Source: Paraspadella gotoi
Taxonomy: Eukaryota > Animalia > Chaetognatha
Direction of reading: 5' to 3'
NCBI GenBank assembly: GCA_051294375.1
Contig: CM119268.1
Location: 3,437,856-3,501,855 of the forward strand
Length of the DNA stretch: 64,000 nucleotides
The translations under genes were made by a program, and so were the position numbers. Shown piece by piece: positions 26,235-38,200 of the stretch. The notes below the pieces were generated by a model that was given only the letters and a program-made list of their open reading frames with translations, was not told the DNA's origin and did no database searches. Position 1 is the first letter of the stretch, and each line of letters begins with the position of its first letter.

Positions 26235-29200
26235 CTGTCAAGGGGGGGGGGAATGAACGGAGGATTCTTTTATTTGAGAATTGATTTTAATCGATGAACT
26301 TTGAATCAAATGTACGTTAAAAACTGATACAAGTTTAAACCTTATTTTTTGTAAACGTATTTCAAACCCGTGGTCTTTAATCGGCCCTTTTCAAATTTCA
26401 TACAGAGGTTCTTTCTCGCAAATGGCAACAGCCGGGTTGCCTGTGATGCCCATTGGGATGGGGCATCTTACTGTTGGCTTTGGGGGCTTCCGACCCTCAG
26501 TGACGCATCCAGTCACTGGGGCGGTTACCCTAGGACGGTCTCGCTTTGCCAAGTCGTCAGGACTGTGGATGGAACTCAACGCCTGGGATGGTGTGTTCCC
26601 CCTCTGAGCCAATGGATTTGGCTGAAGGATAGTGGACGTGAGGCGGTGTGAATATACCGCCACATAACGCAATATACCTTTCTGGAGAATTCACTACAAA
26701 TTTTGTATTGAATCTGGTTCCACTGTGCGATCAGTGACGCTATCAATCTACCGGTCCTTTTCCTGCGATGCTTCTATGTATTCTCTACCCTCTATTATCA
26801 TCCAATAATTCAGGGATATCTTATCTCAACCGGTCACCTGTCTGCGTGTCCCATCTGGCGCCTTCCATGAAGAGCCCATGGACGTAGGCGCCTCTCTCGG
26901 GGCGCGCCCATGTCTTCTTTGTTCTTCTTCGTCACATCGCAGGAGAGGCACATCTTGTCGAGTGGCCACTCGTTCTTCCGCGCCATGGACTGAGAGGAGA
27001 AATGTGTGGAAGAGAAGACATTCAATAATTTTTTTTTTAAACCGAAAATAAAAAAATTGGCGTAAAGGCTGCACACTCAAAATAAAAGAGAAATTGAAGA
27101 AACTTTGGACGACTTTTACAGTCTTCGATAACTCGTAAAATGAAAAGGGAAAAAAAAGGAAAAAAAACCCGGTTCTCGAAAACTTTTCCTTAAATTTTTA
27201 AATCGCGAATTAATTCGACGTTTAAAAATTCGGCGCCGCGAAAAACGAGCTTTTTACTTTAAATTTTAGACTATGTATTTCTTAAACAGAACTTAAATTG
27301 TTATCACTAAAACCTGTATAGTAGTATCATGCTGATGTGATAAATTTCTTGGGGGAATAATATAATATATAGTATAATACTGTATGGTACAATATAGTAT
27401 AGTGTAGTTCTTAGGAAGGTGCTCACTTTTATTGTTACTTGAACTTTTGATATTAGAAAAGTTTTCTTTGAACGAATTTTTAATGAAAAAATCAAGGACA
27501 TGTTTCAGTATTAATTTCAGAAGTTCATCAGCGTGTTCCTTAAGGTTAAGCTTAGTCGATCATACTTCGTTTATTGATAACATATTTATAACATAATATA
27601 ACATAACTGTAAGCTAACTAATACGGCCGATGCCAGCTAATCGCGATTAAAATGAATTTACTTCTACCGAAATCACTATTAACGATCATATCATATCATA
27701 TCATATCATCACTCACCTGCATAATGGCTGTGAGGAAGGACTGCGGGTTGAACAGCCCTCCCATCCAAACGCTGGCTGGCAGCGTGAAGTCCTGCGTCCA
27801 GACATCAAGCTCCCTGATACGCAGAAGCAAGTCTGCGTACCACGAGGCCAGTCCGTAGTCTGACGCGTAGGCCAGCTTGGTCCATGAGGCCGGAACGTTG
27901 TCTTGTGAGGGAAAGCAGTCATGGGAATTGGTTTGAAAGGATATGATTCATATGGTTATGATGCTATGGAAAAAATATATTTAAAGAAAGAGAAAAAGCG
28001 ACTAAAATAAAAATAATAAGATAAAAAAAAAAAAATAAGAAAAGACACAGAAAAAAAAGTTTAAAAAAATATAAAAATTAAAAGAACAAACAAAAAAGAG
28101 AGACAGAAAAAAAAAGTGTAAAAAAAAAGAAAGAAAAGAAAGACAGAAGCGCCATTCATGGGCTTAGGACAAAAACGAAGAATGAAACAAGGTGAGGAAC
28201 AAAGAGAGACTCGTGGAATAATAATAACCTGACCAGTGATCAACTGATCACACCTTACCCATGTAGAGGGCGTTGGAGAGTTCTTCCATGTCCGCCGTGA
28301 TGGTGAGTTCTCCCTTGAGTCCCAGGTCCAACTCCTTCAAGGATCTTCGCATCTCCGCCGTCAGTTGATTCATTCTCTCGCACTCTTGGAACGCGACGAC
28401 GATGTATGGTGTTCGATCTTCCACCTGATATTGGGTCGGGGTTGGGGTTGTTGGACTTATTGAGTCAGGGTTGGGATCGTTGGACTTAGTAGGACTAAGT
28501 AGTTGCGTTATCATAGTTATAATCAACATAATTATCCGAATCGCTGCGTCTCAAATCCACAGCGAAGATGTATTGTTAAGAGTTAAATAAAGAAAAAGCA
28601 TCTTAATCCAATTAGCATATTGCAGTAACGGATCTATCACTTATATTTAAGAAAAAATCCTATCACATTTCTTTCAGAAATTTTTTCCAGAATTTTTTTA
28701 TGGCGAAAATTTGGAATGCCGTTAATTTTTTGTCATGTTCAAATTGAACACCAACTTCAATCCAGCTAAAAAAAACATTCCATGCTTAAAAATACATTCC
28801 AATAACCTTGGACATGATTTCCGCCATGTTGAATTCATCCGGAAGCTTCTCGATGATGTCGTCCAGTATTGCCTTGACTTTGTCCTCCTTGGTCATGCCG
28901 ACGCCGCCGCTTCCAGCCGCGGCGTCCCGCGGCTGCATCTCCAAAACCGTGCGGAACATGTTGTCCGACGTGGCCGTCAAAAATCTGGACCGTGGGGGGG
29001 GACATAGGAAGGGAAAGACTCATATATTTATAAATGTGGATATATTCCAGACGCAATCTGTAACATTTTAATATTCTTTCATTTTTAATAATAATTAGTA
29101 GTTTTCCCATCCTTTAATTTCTCCTAGTAGCACTTTTTCATTCAATTTCTATTTCTCGCATACAATGCACCTTTTTTTTTCTCTTTCCTTTTTCTTTCCA

Positions 29201-32200
29201 TTTTCTTTTATTTTCTTTTCTTGTCTTTCACTTTCCTTTCCTCTTCCCTTCACTCACCCGATTTCCGCGTTAGGATGCAGCCCATAAAGGTAAGGCGTCT
29301 CTGGGGGCAGACAGTCGTCGATGTATTGATGATACCCCTTGTAGTCCGTGTTCGGTGGACCCGGGAAGCCGGGGGCCAAGTACAGCTCGCCCTCCAACTG
29401 TGCATATGTTCAGGTTAAGGGTAAGTGAGGCTAAATTTTTTCCAAAACGATCCGACATCGAACTTACCAATTCCGGCGACATGTACTCTCCCAAGTAGGA
29501 GCAGCACAACCTTCTGTCCCAGTCGTCGGTGATGTGACCCCCGTACATGATCTCTCCGAACAGGTAGCGGAGATCTTCCCAGGGTACCTGTTTGTGTAAA
29601 GAGAAAGATGCAGAGTTTATTTTAGTCATCGTGCTGTTACAATTATTTGGAGTCCAACACGAAAGTGAAAAACGAGAAGACGCTTTTTAATCTTCCCTTT
29701 TCTGCTCCCCTTCCCTCGTCCTTTTTTCCGTTCCACGACCCACAACCGCGACTCCCTTCCCCACGGCCCACCGACCACAACCGGCCACTCCCTTCCCCAC
29801 TGCGCCACGGTCTTTTTTTCCCCGTTTTGTTCCCCCACGCTTCCACGATTTGGTTCTGTGATCACGTCTTCCCACGATTGTATCTTCGATTATCACATAA
29901 ACTCACACGATTACGTTTTTAAAATATATTTGGACCAAAATTCAAAAACGGATAAAAATTTTTTCTAAAAATAAACAAAATACAAACAAAAGGACACATT
30001 GGAAATGTGTTCTCGCGAGGTGGAGTTCAAATCGATTCTGTTCGCGCTCTGTTATTTCCACGCCGTCGTCGCCGACGACGCAAATTCGGCGCTCAGGGTT
30101 GGAACCGTCCTTACCCGTTCAACGTGGGAGACCTCACCATAGCGTCCACGTTTTGTACAATTATTTAGAGTCGAACACGAAGTAAGGATTCCTTACTAAG
30201 AAATGACGTCGCTGCGTCAGATTGGAGTAGAAAAAAAGCTGCGTCGCTGCGTCTGGAATAATTTGTTACCATTTTAGTACACTACACTTCACTGTGGCTT
30301 ATTTTAATACACTGCACTGCGCTGATTGCACCGCACTGCACAGCGCGGCATTGCAGGCGCTGCACCGGAGTTGCTCAGCTTTTAAAGAGGACGTAAGAAT
30401 TCGCACACTCGCAATTATACGGATATTAGGTTCGTTGATAATTTTCTTTATGCAGTCACTTCTACTTAGTATTAAGTCAGCTAGAAAATAGAATTCGTTT
30501 GGATATATCGAAATAAATTTAGACTTTAATTTTTGATGAAATATATATGTAAATAAACCGTTCTAGAAAAAAAAAAGAAAAACTTTAGAGAAATTGCACA
30601 ATAGAAAACTCTGACCGCAGAATTAATTTACGTAGTTTTTAAAAAAAATTACACTATATATTATTTAGAAAATAAGAGTTAAGTCATATCAATATTTTTA
30701 GAAAAAAAATTTTTAAAAACTCANNNNNNNNNNNNNNNNNNNNNNNNNACAATATAGTATAGTGTAGTTCTTAGGAAGGTGCTCACTTTTATTGTTACTT
30801 GAACTTTTGATATTAGAAAAGTTTTCTTTGAACGAATTTTTAATGAAAAAATCAAGGACATGTTTCAGTATTAATTTCAGAAGTTCATCAGCGTGTTCCT
30901 TAAGGTTAAGCTTAGTCGATCATACTTCGTTTATTGATAACATATTTATAACATAATATAACATAACTGNNNNNNNNNNNNNNNNNNNNNNNNNTACACT
31001 ACGAGAGTTATAACGCTGATTAGGGGAGGCGAAGTACTCTGAGGGTGTACAGGGAAGAAATAGAAGAGAGATTTTGCGTATTGATACCCGGAGAGCTCGG
31101 AGAGGCAGGAGAGCCTGACGTTTAGTAGCTATGCTTTGAGTGTAGATAGGGCTCGTGCATGACGCTAAGATATTTTAGGCGCTTGTGATGAAGGATGACG
31201 AATGTCAGCTCAGAATGCACTAAGGGTGTACGCTTTCGCCTCAATGCCTAACCTCCACAGGCCTTGTGCCACAATTTCCCTTCACATTTCCTACTCCTCA
31301 ATCTCAATCCTAAGCCCAGCCTCAGTAGCCAATATGCCAGGTAAACCTGTATCCCTAAGCATCCTGCTTGTGCCTGTTTCCAACTTGAACCCTTATTCAT
31401 TGCTCCATGTCCTGTCAGCAAGCTTGCCTACCTAAATAAAATTAACATTAGGATCAACCTATTGAGGCACAGATAAGCTAACAGCAAAACTACTATTTGG
31501 CAGGTTGCATGGATAATGATTGCATTTTGCAATTGGACACAGCTCAGAAAGGGAAGGAAGCTGGGTTAGAGTTAGGGAAGGTACAGGAGGAAGGAAATAA
31601 GGATAAGGTTGCTATGATGGCATGAGTGTGGTAAGGGAGAGGCTTGCATGACAGATATATGTTAGCTTGAGGCTCAGAGTGTTACGTTAGGGTGAGTTAG
31701 GTTCAATATCCAAGCGAGGGAAACTGATGAAGAATAAGGGTGCTAGGGCCGTTTAGGTTAGGGTAATGAGAGCTGCTAGTGCATAAGGCCAAGTCCCTTT
31801 AATCTAATTCGCTACTTTTCTTTTTGGCATCATCGTAAACTTTTAAAAGTCAATACTTGTTTAGAAGATTATAGATTTAAAATCCTAGTACAGTTCTATT
31901 GTTAACAGATAGTAAAGTGTTATTAAAATTAGTGGATGTAGTGAGTCAGGGCAATTTGGGCTTAAAAAATTATGAATTTTAACTTAAAGCCTTGCATAAT
32001 ATTTTTATAACATTTTTATAACAAACAAAAATGTAATATATAGTTATTGGTTAACTTATTTGATAATTAAGTATGCTGGCTGAGAACAGCTTATTTTTTC
32101 AAAACCTGAATATTTAAAACGGAAGTGTCGATCGCAAAACGGGCGAAAATCCAAATGAGCATCCAGGAAAAGTTTTTATGTGATATTCGTTTTCTCCACT

Positions 32201-35200
32201 AATTGCACAAGAAACTGTTGCAGTATCAAACTTTCATAAATGTATGGAATTTCTGACGATGCGTGAACAGTGAGAAAACCACTCATGCTAGGCTTTCGCG
32301 TTGTGCCAAATCAACGTTCTACAAACACTTGATATTGTGGATAAGCATAATTTTGGTAGTAGTGAAGAGTATTGAAGATAAAAAGTAAAAGATATAATTA
32401 CATTTAGTTATTATTACATTGGTATTAATTTTTTTAACATTTTGCGTAAAATAAGTGTCTAATGTCTAATCGATCACCCAATGTATATGGAAGTCCAAAG
32501 TCAGGGCAAGATAGCTTATTATAAATTAATGGATATTTTATATTGGTTGTACATTTTCAATAAATAATAAATTATTTTTTGAAATTTGAATTGATGTGAA
32601 AGAAGAAAGGACAAAGCTTCCAATACTCATGCCATTGCAGAAAACTAAGATAATTAATAATTGTTAGATTATCAGAAAATAAAAATATAACAAAATATAA
32701 GCTAAGAGAATAGATTGTTACTTTTTACTGCATAAAATCAATTTTATAAATATAGAACAAAAACACTTATATCTTGAAAACTTACTATATAACGAATTTT
32801 TCAAATTACAAAACAAAACTAGGAGAATAAGCTACGGTGTTTTACTACACACATGGTGAAAATCTTATGTTATACATATTACACTTCTTTTAAAAATATA
32901 TCATTTTCGCCCAATTTTTTGGCATCAACTAGTTTCACTACTCAGTGTTATTAGCCAAAAATATTGGTCAAACCTGCATTTAAGTAATTGTAAGACAAGA
33001 AATAAGGGAAACGAACCGAGTGAGAACATAGTATGGGTTGTTTAGACTGGGAACTCTAACATATTAGTATAAATGTGGATATAGATCAACGCAATCTTAA
33101 CATTTTAATATTCTTTCATTTAATAATATTAGTAGTTTTCCCATCCTTTAATTTCTCCTACACTTTTTCATTCATTTATTTTTATTATTTTTAATTCACC
33201 TTTCTTTCTCTTTCCATTTTCTTTCCATTTTCTTTTTTCTTTATTTCCTTTCTTCCCTTTCCTTCCTCTCCTTCACTCACCCGATTCCGCGTTAGGAGCA
33301 GCCATAAAAGTAAGGCGTCTCTGGGCAGACAGTCGTCGATGTATGATGATACCCTTGTAGTCCGTGTTCGTGGACCCGGGAAGCCGGGGGCCAAGTACAG
33401 CTCGCCCTCCAACTGTGCATATGTTCATTCAAGGGTAAGTAAGCTAAAATTTTTTTCCAAAACGTCCGACATCGAACTTACCAATTCGGGCGACATGTAC
33501 TCTCCAAGTAGGAGCAGCACAACCTCCTGTCCAGTCGTCAGTGATGTGACTCCCGTACATGATCTCTCCGAACAGGTAGCGGAGATCTCCCAGGGTACCT
33601 GTTGTGTAAAGAGAAAGATGCAGAGTTTATTTTTCTAAAAAATATTGATAGAGCTAACTTTCTGGTTTATTTTTTTTTAAATATTGATATGAACTTAACT
33701 CTTATTTTCTTAAATATATATAGTGTAATTTTTTTTAAAAAACTACGTAAATTAATTCTGCGGTCAGCAGTTTTCTATTGTGCAATTTCTCTAAAGTTTT
33801 TCTTTTTTTTTTTTCTAGAACGGTTTATTTACATATATATTTCATCAAAAATTAAAGTCTAAATTTATTTCGATATATCCAAACGAATTCTATTTTCTAG
33901 CTGACTTAATACTAAGTAGAAGTGACTGCATAAAGAAAAGTTATCAACGAACCTAATATCCGTATAATTGCGAGTGTGCGAATTCTTACGTCCTCTTTAA
34001 AAGCTGAGCAACTCCGGTGCAGCGCCGTGCAATGCCGCGCTGTGCAGTGCGGTGCAATCAGCGCAGTGCAGTGTATTAAAATAAGCACAGTGAAGTGTAG
34101 TGTACTAAAATGGTAACAATTATTCCAGACGCAGCGACGCAGCTTTTTTTCTACTCCAATCTGACGCAGCGACGTCATTTCTTAGTAAGGAATCCTTACC
34201 TTCGTGTTCGACTCTAAATAATTGTACAAAACGTTGACGCTTATGGTGAGGTCTCCCACGTTGAACGGGTAAGGACGGTTCCAACCCTGAGCGCCGAATT
34301 TGCGTCGCTCGGCGACGACGGCGTGGAAATAACAGAGCGCGAACAGAATCGATTTGAACTCCACCTCGCGAGAACACATTTCCAATGTGTCCTTTTGTTT
34401 GTATTTGTTTTATTTTTAGAAAACAATTTTTATCCGTTTTTTGAATTTTTGTCCAAATCATTTTAAAACGTAATCGTGTGAGTTTATGTGATAATCGAAG
34501 ATACAATCGTGGGAAGACGTGATCACAGAACCAAATCGTGGAAGCGTGGGGGAACAAAACGGGGAAAAAAGTCATCGTGCTGTACAATTATTTGGAGTCC
34601 AACCACAAAAGGTTTGAAAATCGAGATGAGACGCTGTCTTTAATCTTCCCTTTTCTGCTACCCTTTCCGCTCGTCCTTTTTCCGTATCCGGTCGTTTCCA
34701 CCGACGCACAACCCGGCACTACTCCCTTCCCTCACGGCCACCGACCACAACCGGCCACTCCTTTCCCCACTGCCGCCACGGTCNNNNNNNNNNNNNNNNN
34801 NNNNNNNNNNNNNNNNNNNNNNNNNNNNNNNNNNNNNNNNNNNNNNNNNNNNNNNNNNNNNNNNNNNNNNNNNNNNNNNNNNNNNNNNNNNNNNNNNNNN
34901 NNNNNNNNNNNNNNNNNNNNNNNNNNNNNNNNNNNNNNNNNNNNNNNNNNNNNNNNNNNNNNNNNNNNNNNNNNNNNNNNNNNNNNNNNNNNNNNNNNNN
35001 NNNNNNNNNNNNNNNNNNNNNNNNNNNNNNNNNNNNNNNNNNNNNNNNNNNNNNNNNNNNNNNNNNNNNNNNNNNNNNNNNNNNNNNNNNNNNNNNNNNN
35101 NNNNNNNNNNNNNNNNNNNNNNNNNNNNNNNNNNNNNNNNNNNNNNNNNNNNNNNNNNNNNNNNNNNNNNNNNNNNNNNNNNNNNNNNNNNNNNNNNNNN

Positions 35201-38200
35201 NNNNNNNNNNNNNNNNNNNNNNNNNNNNNNNNNNNNNNNNNNNNNNNNNNNNNNNNNNNNNNNNNNNNNNNNNNNNNNNNNNNNNNNNNNNNNNNNNNNN
35301 NNNNNNNNNNNNNNNNNNNNNNNNNNNNNNNNNNNGTTCCGCAGACATAAACACTCTGGATAATAGGGTGAAGTAATCAATTCAAATAAGCAAATCAATA
35401 TATATTAATAAATTATTTTATTTATAAATTTAACCAATAAATCAACCCATAATTAACCAATTATTTAACGTATTAAATAAACTGTTAAGCAGATAACCAA
35501 CCTATTATTTAATCAATTGACCTATTAATTAACCTATTTAATAAATAAATCGACGAACCTGTAATCCGCGTGAGCGTTGAGCGAGTTATACTCGATCTTC
35601 TTTTCCAGATTCGGCAGCCAACTTTTGACGAGATGAATGTTCTGGAGGATCACCCAGTGGCCTTGCGTCCCCGCTAAGTCAAGGGCCGCCTCCGCCACCA
35701 CCTCTTGCCCTTGGCCCAAGGAGATGTTGTGGAAATTGTTGTTCTGGAAGCTGTTATAGGGGGGGTTAAAATATTGTAGAAATGTTATTTCGAAAAGTAA
35801 ATTTTTGTTCCAAAACCGGCAAATAAAGATCGAAATAGAGGTGATCACCTGTATCCCATCTTTTTGCCGAGAATCTCCACGTCTTTCAAAGGATCGACGC
35901 CTAAAAAAAAGCAAAGAAGACTTAATAAAAACCGAAAATACAAGCAAATACAAGCGCAACATCAAGCTTTGCAAATAAGCGACGCTACTAAAATCAAAGA
36001 AGATTGCCTGGAGAGAGAATGAAGAAGATGGGCGCCCCAGGTCCGGCCTCCTCAAAGGATTTGGCGAATTCCATTTGCCGGACGTTGACGAATTTCGCAC
36101 CGAGCTTCTCCTCCACGAAGTTGCTGCGAGAAAATAATAAAAAACAAAACGTTAAAACGAAACAGAAAAACGAATCATAGTGAAAACAACACAAAACTGT
36201 AATTAAGTATCAGTATCTCTCTCAGATTCATTATTTGTTTTGTTTTGTTTTGTTTTCCCTTCAAACCTAATTTGCATAATAATCTTAATTTTTGTTAAAA
36301 ACGAATTTAAATTTTATTTTTCTTGATGATCATGTGATTACACAATGGATCAAAGGCATGAAAGGAGACTCAAGGAAAATCGCCTGTCCACCAATTATTT
36401 TTATACTAAAAGGGTAATTTAAGGGCANNNNNNNNNNNNNNNNNNNNNNNNNNNNNNNNNNNNNNNNNNNNNNNNNNNNNNNNNNNNNNNNNNNNNNNNN
36501 NNNNNNNNNNNNNNNNNNNNNNNNNNNNNNNNNNNNNNNNNNNNNNNNNNNNNNNNNNNNNNNNNNNNNNNNNNNNNNNNNNNNNNNNNNNNNNNNNNNN
36601 NNNNNNNNNNNNNNNNNNNNNNNNNNNNNNNNNNNNNNNNNNNNNNNNNNNNNNNNNNNNNNNNNNNNNNNNNNNNNNNNNNNNNNNNNNNNNNNNNNNN
36701 NNNNNNNNNNNNNNNNNNNNNNNNNNNNNNNNNNNNNNNNNNNNNNNNNNNNNNNNNNNNNNNNNNNNNNNNNNNNNNNNNNNNNNNNNNNNNNNNNNNN
36801 NNNNNNNNNNNNNNNNNNNNNNNNNNNNNNNNNNNNNNNNNNNNNNNNNNNNNNNNNNNNNNNNNNNNNNNNNNNNNNNNNNNNNNNNNNNNNNNNNNNN
36901 NNNNNNNNNNNNNNNNNNNNNNNNNNNNNNNNNNNNNNNNNNNNNNNNNNNNNNNNNNNNNNNNNNNNNNNNNNNNNNNNNNNNNNNNNNNNNNNNNNNN
37001 NNNNNNNNNNNNNNNNNNNNNNNNNNNNNNNNNNNNNNNNNNNNNNNNNNNNNNNNNNNNNNNNNNNNNNNNNNNNNNNNNNNNNNNNNNNNNNNNNNNN
37101 NNNNNNNNNNNNNNNNNNNNNNNNNNNNNNNNNNNNNNNNNNNNNNNNNNTTCCGGAATTCCTCCATCTGGGACAAGGCCTTGATTCCTGAGGGCGAAAC
37201 GGGGGTAGACATGACTTGACATGACATGACGCAATACGGTGCGACATGAGTTAATATTTATTACATGCTGTTTAGTAGGAAAAGAAAATAATGTCAGAGG
37301 AAGAGAAAAGATATAAAAAATGAATCAATAAACTATCAAATGAATCAATGAATGAATTGATTATCAATGAATCTACGAACAAAAGAATAAATAAAAAATA
37401 TATAATCAAACAAGCATGGCATTAATCAATATTTCAAAAAGGTAGTAAAGGATACCTAAAACGTCGAAATGCTCATCAAATATTACGAATATCCTTACTT
37501 CCCAGAGAGCGTTCTTTCCCGCAGCGCCACCCCATTCCTCACCTCCCCAGCAGGTGTGGTTCAAAAAGTCCACGGGTGACATGACGTTGGGGACGATTGG
37601 GAACCGGAGCAGAAAGTCCAGCTCCGTCGCGTTGAGTTCTGTGTTGCGCATCAGGATTTGAAAGGTCATCTGAGAGGTGAAGATGAGCTTGTCCTTTTCG
37701 AAGAGACCTTTGGGGGAGAAATGAGGAAATGAGGAAATGAATATCAAAAAACAAACAAACAACTAAGGGAAACCAATAACAAATTAACAACGAAAACGAC
37801 CATAACCAATACTTAGTTTTTAAACTTTACAATTTCATCGAACAACGACGTCCTCCGGAAAATTTCTCTCATTTCTCCCCAAAGTCATTTTCTCATTTCC
37901 TCATTTTTTATTTTCTCCCCCAAAGGTCATTTCTCATTTCCTCATTTCTCCCGCTTAAGGGTCAATTTGTGGCGGTATATTCACACCGCCTCACGTTCGT
38001 CATCCTTCAGCCAAATCCATTGGCTCAGAGGGGGAACACACCAACCCAAGCGTAGTGTTCCATTCCACAGTCCTAACGACTTCCCTCTGCGTTGGCAAAG
38101 CGAGACCGTCCTCGGTAAACCGCGCAGTGACTGAGCGCGTCACTGAGGGTAGGAAGCCCCAAAGCCACAGTGAGATGCCCCATCCCAATGGGCATCACAG

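Noticed and set aside
26554-26563. CTGACGA (minus strand) in one LTR copy as a second, hammerhead ribozyme
   Set aside because: Other copies read CTAACG, and no GAAA or stem II follows.
30749-30969. Exact copy of 27389-27609 between two gaps
   Set aside because: Misplaced contig fragment, not a mobile element: no termini or TSD.
34538-37247. Long ORFs full of X (also at 11-18 kb and ~50.8 kb)
   Set aside because: Artefacts of N gaps.
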